From a virus (taxonomy: Duplodnaviria; Caudoviricetes), in the IMG/VR virus record IMGVR_UViG_3300049192_000016, positions 1 through 64,000 of that record: 64,000 nt of DNA; one strand, 5' to 3'. Under the pieces are notes generated by a model that saw only the letters and a program-made list of their open reading frames with translations, was not told the origin of the DNA and did not search any database. Shown here piece after piece: positions 39,555 through 49,876 of the stretch (positions within the stretch are counted from its first letter, which is position 1; each line of letters begins with the position of its first letter). Made by a program: the position numbers and the translations under genes.

Positions 39555-42536
39555 ATGAAATACTCTCAATCCCTTGTATGGAAAGCATGTGACGACATTC
39601 TTCCTTCGATTGCGAAAGCCCGTAAAACTATCCATTTCAACCTACCAAAGATTCTTGAGATGGCCGCTGTAGAGTGCTTCCTTATGCAAGATGACGTTGA
39701 TTTCAGATTGTCTAAAGATTTGACATGGGCTGCCTACATTGTGCGAGTAGCATTGAAAGAGCTTAACACTCAAGGTAAGATGACTTTTGGTGATGTTGAA
39801 GAATATTGGATGTAAAGGAGAACAACATGATACGTACATGTAATGGTTGCAAAGCTTTAGAAATGGATAGATTCAACAGTAGATGCACTCTGAATCATAA
39901 AATAGTTGTTGTCAGAAGTATTATGGGATTTCCTGTTGAATTTAAACCTGAAAGTGGTGATTGCCCTAAACCTAAAACAAACAGTGTTTATTGTGATTTA
40001 TTATTAAATATGAGTAAAGTAAAATGATAACAATCCTCTGGCAAGAAAGCGACAAGCCAATAACATTCAAGAAACGCTATGCTTTCTGGCGTAGTATTCG
40101 TTGTGACATGCTGACAAGCGTATTCTTAGCTTTGTTGGGGACATTGGGGAATAATTAAGGAGACTATTATGAAAGTAGAAATCAACCAGAATGACATGCA
40201 AAACCCTGTTGTTGTAAGTATGGATTTCAACGAAGCAATGATTCTTCGTGCAATTGTTTATGAAGCTTATGATGCTAAAGATGTTGCTCGTGCCGAACTT
40301 TTGAACAAATTGTTTGGCGGATTAAATGAAGTTGTAAATGACCCTTATTTTGATTAATATGCATAAACTTAAATTTATCAAATTCAGACCATACCAGACA
40401 CAGGAACAACGTCGCTGGATGATTGTTGGAAATAAACGTGTTTGGTTTTCTTTGAAAATGTTTAGAAAGGGACTGTGATGAACAAAACACGCGAAGCTGT
40501 ATTCATAGACAAACAGAAATTGATTGAGGCTATTGAGAAGTCTACAATCGAAATTGAATATGTTGATGATGTTTATGACAAAGACAATTGTGGTGATTTG
40601 AGGGTGCGTTCTACACGTATTAAAGTGATTGATGCCCAAGAGTTGTTATACACATTGAGGGGAGAGTAATAATGAAATGTATCGCATTTGTTGAAGGTCC
40701 ATCATTGTGCAATAATGGATTTCCTCAGAGTAGTATTTGCAGAGGTGATGTTTGTACAATGTGTGGTAAGTATTCTGACAAAATACCTGCTTGTCAGAAC
40801 GAGGATATTCATTCTGTATGGATTGATGAGAGTGGTAAACCTAAGTATTATAAGGATAAGTCATGAACCTGATAGACATTCCCTATAATGTTGAATATAG
40901 GAAGAAACAAAACAAAGTGACTATTGTTGTTCGAGAAGCTTAACAACGTTAAGGAGAAATAATATGAAATTTGAAGAATTGTTGCGTAATTACATTGAAG
41001 CTCGTGCAACATTCCATGCTTGTGGTGCTTTCGCCACAACGGAGGATTGTAATAAGTATGTTGCCGCTAAGGAGGCTCTGGTGGAACGTAATAAAAAGCT
41101 TGTGAAAGCATTAATGCAAATTTCACAATACATGGAAACGGAAGCGGCTGATATTGCAATGGATGTTTTGAAAGAAGTTGTAGAAGATAATGGGGAGCTT
41201 GAAAATGTCTTGTAAATGGATGGGTGTTGGTGAGTATAGGCGTGCAGAGGATGATTTCAGTGAATCCCCTCCTTATCCTTGGCCCCGTCCTCCTAAATAT
41301 ACTCCGCCCACAACTAAAGTGGATTGTTATGACTACATGAAATGGTTCTACACTAAAGTGGAACAAGAAGGCAGTCATAATCGTATGTGGTGGAGGAATC
41401 AACGTGATGGGCAAGAACTGTTGTTTAAAGTAGGTGAGAAAGTGAAGGTGACACATTCTCCAACTAACGACAGAGCAAATACACTTAGTGGGATGGGAGG
41501 GGATCACATATCAGCTTACGCTTGGAGAGGTGAATGGTGCAGTTGGATGAGTAAACACGTCGGAAGTGTTTTTACCATTAAATCTATCCATGTTTTGTAT
41601 GGGATTTGTTTTGAGGAGATTGATGGGTGTTGGCCAGCTTGTGTGTTAGAGCCAGTTAATAAAAAACAACAACCCCATCACTTAAGGAACTCAGATTATG
41701 TATAAGCTGTACATTAAACAAGGTGAAGAAAAGCAGCCAGCCATTCAAGGAGGGCTTCATGTGTTGACGACAGACGTTAGTTCGCAGCAGGCTATTGCTT
41801 GGCTGGCTGAGGCTAAGAGGCAGAGTGATTTGGAATTGATTTGGGAGAAACTAAAGAAGATTACGGTTATCCAGAATGAAATATTCCAGCCAACTCCAAC
41901 AAGCTGTAAACATTGCCGAAGAGAAAGCTATTCAACGCTTTCTTGACATCAATGGCATTGACAGAAATGGCAATATCCCTTACACTATTGAGCATATTAA
42001 GCGTGGTCCATATGTATCAATCATTGTAAAGGAACTTTGTGAAGACACTAGCTGAGTTTATCAAATCGTACGAACTTATCGCAGTCACTGTTCCAGACAA
42101 GACAGTGAGGTATATTGTGATTGTAGAGTTGATTAAGACGGATTATTTACATATTCTTGATGATGTTTTGAAGTGGTTGTTACAACATATTGATGAGTAG
42201 TGTCTCTTACGAGCCACTCTTTTACTCATTACACTCATAAAAGTGATGGAGGTTGAAATGAATGTTAAGCCGGGTGATTTGGCTATTATTGTGAATGATT
42301 ATTACGGGGATGCAGCAGGTAAGATTTGTAAAGTTTTAGAGCTTAATAAACTACTTGCTTTGATGGGTGATCCTATTTGGAAGATTGAACTACAAACTCC
42401 CTCTATGACCAATGAAGCTGGGTTGCAAACTATTGTAGCTTGTCCTGATAGTTGGCTACGTCCTGTCAGTGGCATTCCTGAAGTAGATTTCGATTACACT
42501 GACGTTCCATCGAACAAGGAGCTAGAAAATGTATAA
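39555..42536 (+). CDS. Run of small hypothetical genes
   Basis: ORFs 39555-39815, 39806-40027, 40169-40357, 40475-40669, 40672-40866, 40964-41215, 41190-41705, 41698-41946, 42243-42536. Confidence 0.65.
41958..41986 (+). promoter_or_regulatory. Sigma70-type promoter
   Basis: TTGACA-N17-TACACT. Confidence 0.7.
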
Positions 42537-42687
42537 GTTGTACATTAAAGACGGAGAAGAATGGAAGCCTGCTATTCAAGGTGGGCTACATGTTTTGACG
42601 ACGAATATTAGCTCTCAGGAAGCTATTGCTTGGTTGGCTGAGGCTAGGAAGCATAATGGCTTTGAGATGGAATGGAAGAGGATTTAG
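42529..42687 (+). CDS. 52-aa paralogue of 41698-41946
   Basis: MYKLYIKDGEEWKPAIQGGLHVLTTNISSQEAIAWLAEA vs MYKLYIKQGEEKQPAIQGGLHVLTTDVSSQQAIAWLAEA. Confidence 0.85.
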   Translation: MYKLYIKDGEEWKPAIQGGLHVLTTNISSQEAIAWLAEARKHNGFEMEWKRI

Positions 42688-42745
42688 TTCAAATATAAGA
42701 ATACAAAATGGAAATGACAATTGGACCGCTAGACGGTCCTTTTTG

Positions 42746-42946
42746 TTATGCAGCTTCTTTTTCAGCAATCTTCCGCTTCAACCTGTTCAGATACATCAAT
42801 TCAAGGGCTTTATCAAGCTTTTGAGACAGTTCTACCTCTCCCTTGTGGTTCTTCCTCACACTGCTGATAGCTGCCCTTGAAACGGTGTCGAAGTGTTCTG
42901 CGATTTGTTCAATGGTAGCTGTGTAGTAGTTCAAACGTTTCTTCAT
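42746..42946 (-). CDS. Small helical protein (66 aa), paralogue of 39206-39403
   Basis: RBS AGGAG, own promoter. Confidence 0.8.
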   Translation of the reverse strand: MKKRLNYYTATIEQIAEHFDTVSRAAISSVRKNHKGEVELSQKLDKALELMYLNRLKRKIAEKEAA

Positions 42947-42973
42947 TGGTTTCTCCTAAATATAGATATGCAG

Positions 42974-43039
42974 ATGGTATCACATACAAGATGCTTTGTC
43001 AACTACTAATTTGACAACATTGTTAAGACATGATATACT
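42974..43039. promoter_or_regulatory. Divergent sigma70 promoter pair
   Basis: Minus TTGACA-N17-TACCAT (42974-43002); plus TTGACA-N17-TATACT (43011-43039). Confidence 0.8.
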
Positions 43040-43053
43040 CTTGACATTGATTA

Positions 43054-43986
43054 ATGAATGGAGTAGATATGAAATTTGGAAAGAAGTACACCATAGGGTC
43101 TTGTCATAAGAATTCACAAGGAGATGAGTTTGTAATTAAAGATTTGTCTAATGGAAGGGTATACATAGAATTTTTGAAAGATGGTTCAACTAAGGACTAC
43201 TCTCAAAATGGTTTTAACCGTAACAATGTTAGTAGCTTTAAGAAGGTAGAGGTAGGAAATTACTATAAACTAAATTGTGGGATTGAGGTAGTAGTGTCAG
43301 AGGTTAAGGAAAAAACTTGTGTAGTAACAGATGGAAAAACATCTAAAGAAGTTTATAAGACTAATTTAGTTTCTGGAGAAATTTCTTGGGCAGTTGATGG
43401 AGTAAAAATCTCTTTTAAAAAGAAGATGCGAGAAGGTTTGACATTTGATACTAATAAGTCTGGAAGATTAAAAGTAATTGAATATATTAATTCGTTAAAA
43501 GTGTTAGTGGAATTTGAGAATACAGGCCATAGACAATTTTGCATTATGCAAAATATCGTAGAAGGTTGTGTTGCGGATAGAAGTTTGTTAAATGAGAAGC
43601 CTAAAGGTAATTATATTTACAGTGCATTTATAGAGGATGAACTAGTATATATTGGAAGAGGTCAGAGGAGTAGGTACAAACACTGTGCGTCAGGGGCATC
43701 TACTTCTTTTTATCTGAACAAAATGTTTTTTGAAGGTAAGGATATAAAAACTTGTATTGTGATAGACAAACTTTCTTCTGAAGACTCCGAGATGTTAGAG
43801 ACTTTTCTAATAAAAAGTTTCAAACCAAAAGGAAATACACTAATCAATTCCAAAAATGAAAAAGTTAATTCAAATTTCCAAGAATTTCTGGAATCCATGC
43901 GGAATTTTGAGGACTCTCTTAAGGAACCCTCTACCTATCTGGATATTGTCAAACAGCAATTTTCTGAAAAGTTGTGTTTAGTATAG
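43054..43986 (+). CDS. Putative homing endonuclease: repeated beta-rich N-terminal modules plus GIY-YIG domain
   Basis: GLTFDTNKSGRLKVIEYINSLKVLVEFENTG repeat; YIYSAF...LVYIGRGQRSRYKH...LETFLI...PKGN. Confidence 0.8.
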   Translation: MNGVDMKFGKKYTIGSCHKNSQGDEFVIKDLSNGRVYIEFLKDGSTKDYSQNGFNRNNVSSFKKVEVGNYYKLNCGIEVVVSEVKEKTCVVTDGKTSKEVYKTNLVSGEISWAVDGVKISFKKKMREGLTFDTNKSGRLKVIEYINSLKVLVEFENTGHRQFCIMQNIVEGCVADRSLLNEKPKGNYIYSAFIEDELVYIGRGQRSRYKHCASGASTSFYLNKMFFEGKDIKTCIVIDKLSSEDSEMLETFLIKSFKPKGNTLINSKNEKVNSNFQEFLESMRNFEDSLKEPSTYLDIVKQQFSEKLCLV

Positions 43987-44205
43987 GCGTGTGTGGATTA
44001 GAGCCGCCGTCCGCCACGCGAGCTATGAATCCATTATAGGCTAATTTCCTCGGACAAGCAATAACAAGCTTGAAAAATAACTTCTTTGTTGCGTCTTATC
44101 TACAGCATGTTGTTTCTGTCGTGGCGGACATACGCACAGTACATTGCACCTCATATAGAGCAAAGCGGTTGTAGGACTCTTACATGACTTTTTGATGGAA
44201 AACTG

Positions 44206-44234
44206 TTGACAGGCGATAGGGCAGGGACTAAGAT
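44206..44234 (+). promoter_or_regulatory. Sigma70-type promoter heading the early-type block
   Basis: TTGACA-N17-TAAGAT. Confidence 0.8.
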
Positions 44235-44276
44235 GACTACATCAGCAGCACAAACACGAACACTAAGGAGAAGCAA

Positions 44277-46572
44277 ATGAACACTATCAACCTTTTGATT
44301 GACTCTTGCCGTGGTATTTACATTCCACAGCATTTCGCAACATCCTTTGATCTGTCGCAGTGGAAGGGTATTGACAAGGAAGCTGTAGAGATTCTTTCGG
44401 ACGTTGACAACGAATTCTATTGGGAAGCGTGGGACAGTGTTTTGAGTAATGCCACGTTTGAGAAAGACGGGAATGTATGGCGTTTGTATCAGGACGGTGA
44501 CTTGTGGGCAATCTGCTATGAACTGATGACAGATGAAGAAAAACACAATTTTGGAATGGAAGACTAAATGAAACACTTTTCTTGCAAAGAAAATCGTTGG
44601 CACGCATGGGAATCAACTAAAGGCATTCTCTTGTCGGACGAAAGCGTTAAGAAACTCCGCCAGTTCGGAACGATTGACGATGTTGTTAATTGGCTGTACG
44701 TCAATGGGCAAAAGGATGTTGCGCGGGAATTGAATAAAAATTGGGGAAAACAGAAATGAAGACCTATTACGTGTGGGCAGACGATCATTGCGACAATTGC
44801 ACAGAAGACTATAATCAAGCTGTCCAATGGGGAATTGAATTTGTAAACGAGGGGAAAGAAAACGTTTATATCACTGATGAAAATAACGATTTAATTTTTG
44901 TGGTGAGCGAATGAAACATTCCCTTTTCTTCGGAATCATTTCCATGTTCGCATTAGGCGCTACAGCGTTTATTGCTTTGACGATTACACATATGTGAGGT
45001 GATTATGAATAAAGTAATTATTGATGTAGAGTCCAAAGGACGGAAAGTATTCATCCGTGCATTGTCTCGTTTGAAAGGTACGGAATTTATTAAGGATTGC
45101 GGGGAATATTATTTCGGTGGCTCTACCGGATACAACAAACTGGAATACATAGGTAAAATGAATGCTGCTGAGCTTGATGCATGGGCATACAAAGTAAAGT
45201 GCGCTAGTTGTTTCGTTGGTGCTGTGGACGATAAAGAGGTTTAAAATGACACGCGAAGAACACGAACGGGCTAGGCGTGAATTGGGCTGGCCGTTTAAGA
45301 AGTAATACGTTGCACGCAATCAATTAATCTTTAGGAGTATTTAAAATGTCTTACGAATCGAAATGCAAAGAAATCCTCGACCTGTTCCGTGCTAGTGGTA
45401 AGGTAGTAAATGAAGATGAGCAAGACGAATATCGCTTCATCCCACACGAAGATAGTAATATGGGGCGTGCTGTACAGATTTTGCAAACTATCTGCGACAG
45501 TCAGAGTCATACGATTCCTACTGCTGACATGTCGGAATATGAAGATAAGGATGATATGGAAGGAGCTTTCTACGACATCTTCGAAGCGCTGGAAACTATC
45601 GAGAGTAATATCGGCGATGAATTTATGCTTGAGTTTGACGGCAATGAATATCGTCTGATTCCTGAAGATATTATCTGGGAAGTGTACAAGGATGAAATTC
45701 AACAGCTTGTGGAAGATTGCTATTCCGATGTTATCAAGCTGGACAAGATTCCTAATTTCATTGCTGTAACGATTGATTGGGAACAGACGGCGAAGAATGC
45801 TTATGCGGATGGTTATGGGCATACGTTTAGCGGATATGATGGCAGCGAGGAAGAATCGGCAGGTTATTATATTTTCAGGACTAAGTAATCATGGGAAAAC
45901 ATTTACATTCTGCAAAACTGAGTGAAACATTAACCCTTTCTCTTTGCACCGATGGATTTTGGCTTTATGATAAAACTCTTGGAATGAATCTTTCCATGAA
46001 AGCTAGTACGTCAGAATCCGCATTTGTGGAAGCTTTAACATATTATCAAAATCGATTGGTGGAAGTGGAGAGTAAGTATAAATCCTTGCAATCAAAGGTT
46101 GATGCTTTCGTTAGTCAATTGGTTGAGGAAGATGAGGAATAAATCATGCCAACAATCGGCCCATACAAAGTAACCTCAAGCAATCCAGTCATTTCCAAGA
46201 CTCGGGGAGTAAGCTATCCCTCCTATGTCAGGATAGTTAAGGAAGGCGTAGAATTGGCCTGTGTACGAAGCGAAAAGGGTAATCTATGGCATAGGGTGAG
46301 GAAGTATGCACAAGCGCCTGAGAGGCATGAATTGATGCGGCAGCTACATGTTGCAGGTGTGAGTCAAGCTGACGTTGAAATGTTGTTTAAACTTTAAGAT
46401 TGGAGATATCATGTATAAGCAAATCGAAGGAATGATGTCAGCAGAAGTTGACTATCTCGGCGACGTACTATTTTTCCTGCATGGACGTTGTCTATCGGAG
46501 AGCGGGTTGCCTACAGGAGGGACATATAAACTGCTAAAGGATGTTATTGAGTACACAAAGGCCAACTCCTGA
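44277..46572 (+). CDS. Block of small early-type genes
   Basis: ORFs 44277-44567, 44568-44759, 44999-45244, 45346-45888, 45891-46142, 46146-46397, 46375-46572. Confidence 0.7.
45346..45888 (+). CDS. Highly acidic protein, ArdA-like C-terminus (possible DNA mimic)
   Basis: About 43 D/E vs 14 K/R by hand count; IDWEQTAK...GYYIFRT. Confidence 0.5.
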   Translation: MSYESKCKEILDLFRASGKVVNEDEQDEYRFIPHEDSNMGRAVQILQTICDSQSHTIPTADMSEYEDKDDMEGAFYDIFEALETIESNIGDEFMLEFDGNEYRLIPEDIIWEVYKDEIQQLVEDCYSDVIKLDKIPNFIAVTIDWEQTAKNAYADGYGHTFSGYDGSEEESAGYYIFRTK

Positions 46573-46578
46573 CAAATG

Positions 46579-46602
46579 CCCGCTCCGTGCGGGTTTCTTT
46601 TT
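46579..46602 (+). terminator. Intrinsic terminator closing the early block
   Basis: CCCGC-TCCGT-GCGGG-TTTCTTTTT. Confidence 0.85.
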
Positions 46603-47280
46603 GTTCACTAATTTCTCTCTTAACAGAAATGTCTGAATTATTGTGACGCGTCACTTTTATTAGGTTAGTGTTCACTAACGTTAGTAGGTACTAACATCAA
46701 ACCCGAACTCGCGCTCTATTCTTGCTATATAGAAGTAGACCAAATGGTCTAGATGATGACTAGCGAACACTAGTTTCTTTACAGCAACTATACAGCAATA
46801 TGTTGCATAATAGCAACGAAACAAGGGTTATCCACAGTATCTTGACAGAATGTTAATAGATAGCTCTGTGAAGGCCCAGTTATCCACATAACCTCAAAAT
46901 CGACTAAGAATTAAACGCCCGTTTCGATTCTTTACCTGTTTGAAATCAAGGCTTTAGACGCGTCATTGATAATGCAGGTAGGAGGGTACTAGTGTTGATT
47001 TGATCGTTGAATCAGGCGCGATCTGACGCCTTTTGAAAGGGGTTTTGAGAGTGTTCTTGCCCAGTCATTAAGCCTTTGAGGATATTTTGAAATCGTGTAA
47101 TTTTGTCAATTTCCTAGGAGCAACAGGGGTTAAACAGTACACGCAGTTTTGTATGATATTTATCCAAAAGAAATATTTCTTGTAAAAATAAAACAGCAGT
47201 TAAACTAAAAATTTTATAAATAAAAATTCAAAAAAAAAAACGCACAAAGGATTTCTCCAATGTGCGCTAAATTAAAATTT
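46600..47280. other. Long non-coding region with palindromes, two DnaA boxes and an AT-rich tract
   Basis: No ORF of 60 aa or more; GTGACGCGTCAC, GTTAGTG-TT-CACTAAC, GTTAGTA-GG-TACTAAC; TTATCCACA at 46828 and 46880. Confidence 0.75.
47231..47270 (-). terminator. Intrinsic terminator after recombinase
   Basis: CGCACA...TGTGCG followed by a long T run on minus strand. Confidence 0.75.
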
Positions 47281-47285
47281 TAAAA

Positions 47286-47948
47286 TTATTTCCAGCGAGA
47301 AACTAAATTAATTACAGTTTGAGAGTACCACAATCCGCCTCTTGCTGTAAGAGTCCCACAAGAGTTTAATTCCGCAGCAATTGCTTTAAAACTCATCTTG
47401 TCCCTCAACATTCGTTCAATAGTGGGTCGAAGTTTTTCAGCAAATCTATCCGCCTTGCTCTTGATAGACTCTACCGCAATCTCCCTAGCTTCGTTTAAGT
47501 TAGTGCGATTACCAAGAAGAACACCTCTAGCTTTAGCGGCAGCTAATCCAGCCTTAGTTCGTTCGCTACCTACAGAAGCCTCCTTCTCAGCAATACCTTG
47601 CATGATATGTTGTACAAATCCATCTGCTTTTTCTCCTAAAGCAATAGACATCACTAGTTTTTTCTTTTGCATCAACTCCCTAGAAACACCAGCGTCCCTA
47701 CTGCAACGGTCCTCCTTTGTTACAACTACTTGACATTTCAACTTCCTTGCCATGGAGATTGCAGCTTGTAACACTGGACGATCATGCAGAGGAAGTCTAC
47801 CACTACCCACTTCCTCTAGTATTGTCACAAGGTTGTATCCATTGTAGGAAGCCCATCGTTCAATCTCAGCCCTTTGACTTTCAAGACCATTTCGTGTCTC
47901 CCCTTGCATACGGGTACTTACTCTAACAAGACCTATGATATTTTTCAT
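47286..47948 (-). CDS. Small serine recombinase (resolvase/invertase family) with C-terminal DNA-binding domain
   Basis: GLVRVST (catalytic Ser), LESQR, EVGSG, RPVLQAAI, KEDRCSRD, ERTKAGLAAAKARGVLLGN. Confidence 0.93.
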   Translation of the reverse strand: MKNIIGLVRVSTRMQGETRNGLESQRAEIERWASYNGYNLVTILEEVGSGRLPLHDRPVLQAAISMARKLKCQVVVTKEDRCSRDAGVSRELMQKKKLVMSIALGEKADGFVQHIMQGIAEKEASVGSERTKAGLAAAKARGVLLGNRTNLNEAREIAVESIKSKADRFAEKLRPTIERMLRDKMSFKAIAAELNSCGTLTARGGLWYSQTVINLVSRWK

Positions 47949-47995
47949 ACAAACACCTCTTAGTAATTTGATGAAGGTATCATATCATTTAGATT

Positions 47996-49195
47996 TTATA
48001 CTGTCAAGAGCCTTCGTGAACGTCTTTGTTTGAATTCTTCGGATTGACTGTATTCTTCCCATACGTCAGGATGGGAATCATTCTTAACAAGATTGCAGAA
48101 CGCACAAAGCCATTGAAGATTTTCAATGTAATTACTTCCACCGAGAGCAATAGGATGCTTATGGTCTAAATGTTTCTTAACAAGAAGAAATGATGTGTCA
48201 CAACAAGCGCATTTGTTATCTTGATCTACAAGAAGTTGCAAAACTTCCTCTTGAGTGTGACTTCCTTCTGCTTTCTCTCGTTTACCTCTGCGAATCCTGT
48301 TATAATGGTTGGCTTTTTCAGGATTCTCTTTTTGGTATTGTAAAGCTTTCTTTAATAGTTCTTCTCTGTTTTCTTCGTAATACTGGATAGACCTATTTTT
48401 AGCATATTGTTTGTATTTATTATCAAACTCTGGACTTTTTCTATCATACACATCGTATTGACCTCCAGTGATGTTTTGGTAGGTGTACTCATACGTATTA
48501 CCAGTTTCTTCATATTGTACCATACATAGAAGTGATTCTAAATCCCTACTGATAATAGAGAATTTCATACCAAGCTTGTCAGTGAATCGTTCACCAACCA
48601 CTGATAGTATTTCTTTTTCTTTTTGTACTTTCTTTTCTTGTTTCTTTAGTTGTGCCTCTTGTTTTTTAACTAGGGCAGCGGCTTCTTTTCTCTTCTTTGA
48701 TAGTCGTTCTTTCTCTATTTTTTGTTTTGTTTTTTCAATCTTTTTTTGTTTTTCTTTTTCGGCTGAAATTCGTTTCTTCTCTTTTACATCATGAAGCAAT
48801 CCTTTCAGTAAAGCATCTTTTTGAACAGCTTGAGTATTTCCTGTGTTAACAAATTTCACAATAACTTTTTTGCAGGAAATATATTCTTCAACAACAACAT
48901 CACCATAAAAGTTAGTTTTGAAAATTGTTCCAGTAGGGATGGTAGCAGCCTCCTTCTTAGGAGAAGGGTATTTATTCTCTGCACCATTCTTTTTGTATTG
49001 TTTGTTGTCTCTTACTTTACCAATAGCTAAATCAGCACTACGGCAAGTTTGTGTGTTCCCTGTGTTAACAAATCGAATTCTTATTTTATTTGAATTTGTA
49101 TTGTCTAGTATTTCCACATCGCCCCAATAGGATGTGGGATATTTCTCACCAACTTCAAAGTTGTATTTCCTTGGTCTGTTAGATGTGTTTTCCAT
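47996..49195 (-). CDS. Putative homing endonuclease: repeated beta-rich modules plus C-terminal HNH
   Basis: GTIFKTNFYGDVVVEEYISCKKVIVKFVNTG repeats; CACC...HLDHKHPIALGGSNYIENLQWLCAFCNLVK. Confidence 0.9.
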   Translation of the reverse strand: MENTSNRPRKYNFEVGEKYPTSYWGDVEILDNTNSNKIRIRFVNTGNTQTCRSADLAIGKVRDNKQYKKNGAENKYPSPKKEAATIPTGTIFKTNFYGDVVVEEYISCKKVIVKFVNTGNTQAVQKDALLKGLLHDVKEKKRISAEKEKQKKIEKTKQKIEKERLSKKRKEAAALVKKQEAQLKKQEKKVQKEKEILSVVGERFTDKLGMKFSIISRDLESLLCMVQYEETGNTYEYTYQNITGGQYDVYDRKSPEFDNKYKQYAKNRSIQYYEENREELLKKALQYQKENPEKANHYNRIRRGKREKAEGSHTQEEVLQLLVDQDNKCACCDTSFLLVKKHLDHKHPIALGGSNYIENLQWLCAFCNLVKNDSHPDVWEEYSQSEEFKQRRSRRLLTV

Positions 49196-49251
49196 AATTT
49201 CTCCAATAGAAAAAGGGAACTCAAAGGTTCCCTCATTGTTTAACTTAGAGA

Positions 49252-49280
49252 ATTATATCATAGCTAAACCATCTTGTCAA
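49252..49280 (-). promoter_or_regulatory. Consensus sigma70 promoter followed by a terminator-like hairpin (49210-49232)
   Basis: TTGACA-N17-TATAAT; GGGAAC-CTTTGA-GTTCCC-TTTTT. Confidence 0.8.
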
Positions 49281-49876
49281 CTTTCAACAATTATACACAA
49301 CTCCATCCCAGCCATTTCCCCACTTCCATTTTCATCACTCCAATGTCCCAATTATAATATCCAGCACGTTGTACAAGACGTTCCTCAATCACAACAAGAC
49401 ACTCTTCAGAAAGCTTCAACTCCTCTTTAGCCCACAGAAGAACAATTTCAATATTTTCTTCCATCAATATTTCCTTCGTTGCTTGTAGAATTTCCTGCCA
49501 TACCCTTTTGTTGGCTTAGAGAACAACATTGCCACAAGACACACACCAAACACCAATCCTAAGAAGTCCATTTAATATTTCCTTTCAAGGCAATGAGAAT
49601 TACCAGCAACCAATATTTCCAGTCTGTAAAATCTACAGGGTATAGTTGTGATATGGTAGCTCCGATTGCACTACAAAGCAAGATGTCAATCATTTTAATA
49701 CAACCTAAGAGAAGTGATTTCAAATTTACTCGGAATGTTGTTCTTGTTCTGCATCAAGTAGGAAAACAGTTCCATAGCTTCATCTTCCGTTTCAAACAGT
49801 TGCAGATTTATAATTTCTTTTAATCCATTGTTATTGAACACGACGCAGTAATATTTTGTTATGTGATTTGTTTCAA

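Noticed and set aside
25607-46572. Named anti-defence proteins (Acb, Tad, Acr)
   Set aside because: No ORF matched sequences I can recognise; a profile search is needed.
47286-47948. Integrase indicating lysogeny
   Set aside because: 220 aa is resolvase-sized, not a large serine integrase; no repressor or att site recognised.
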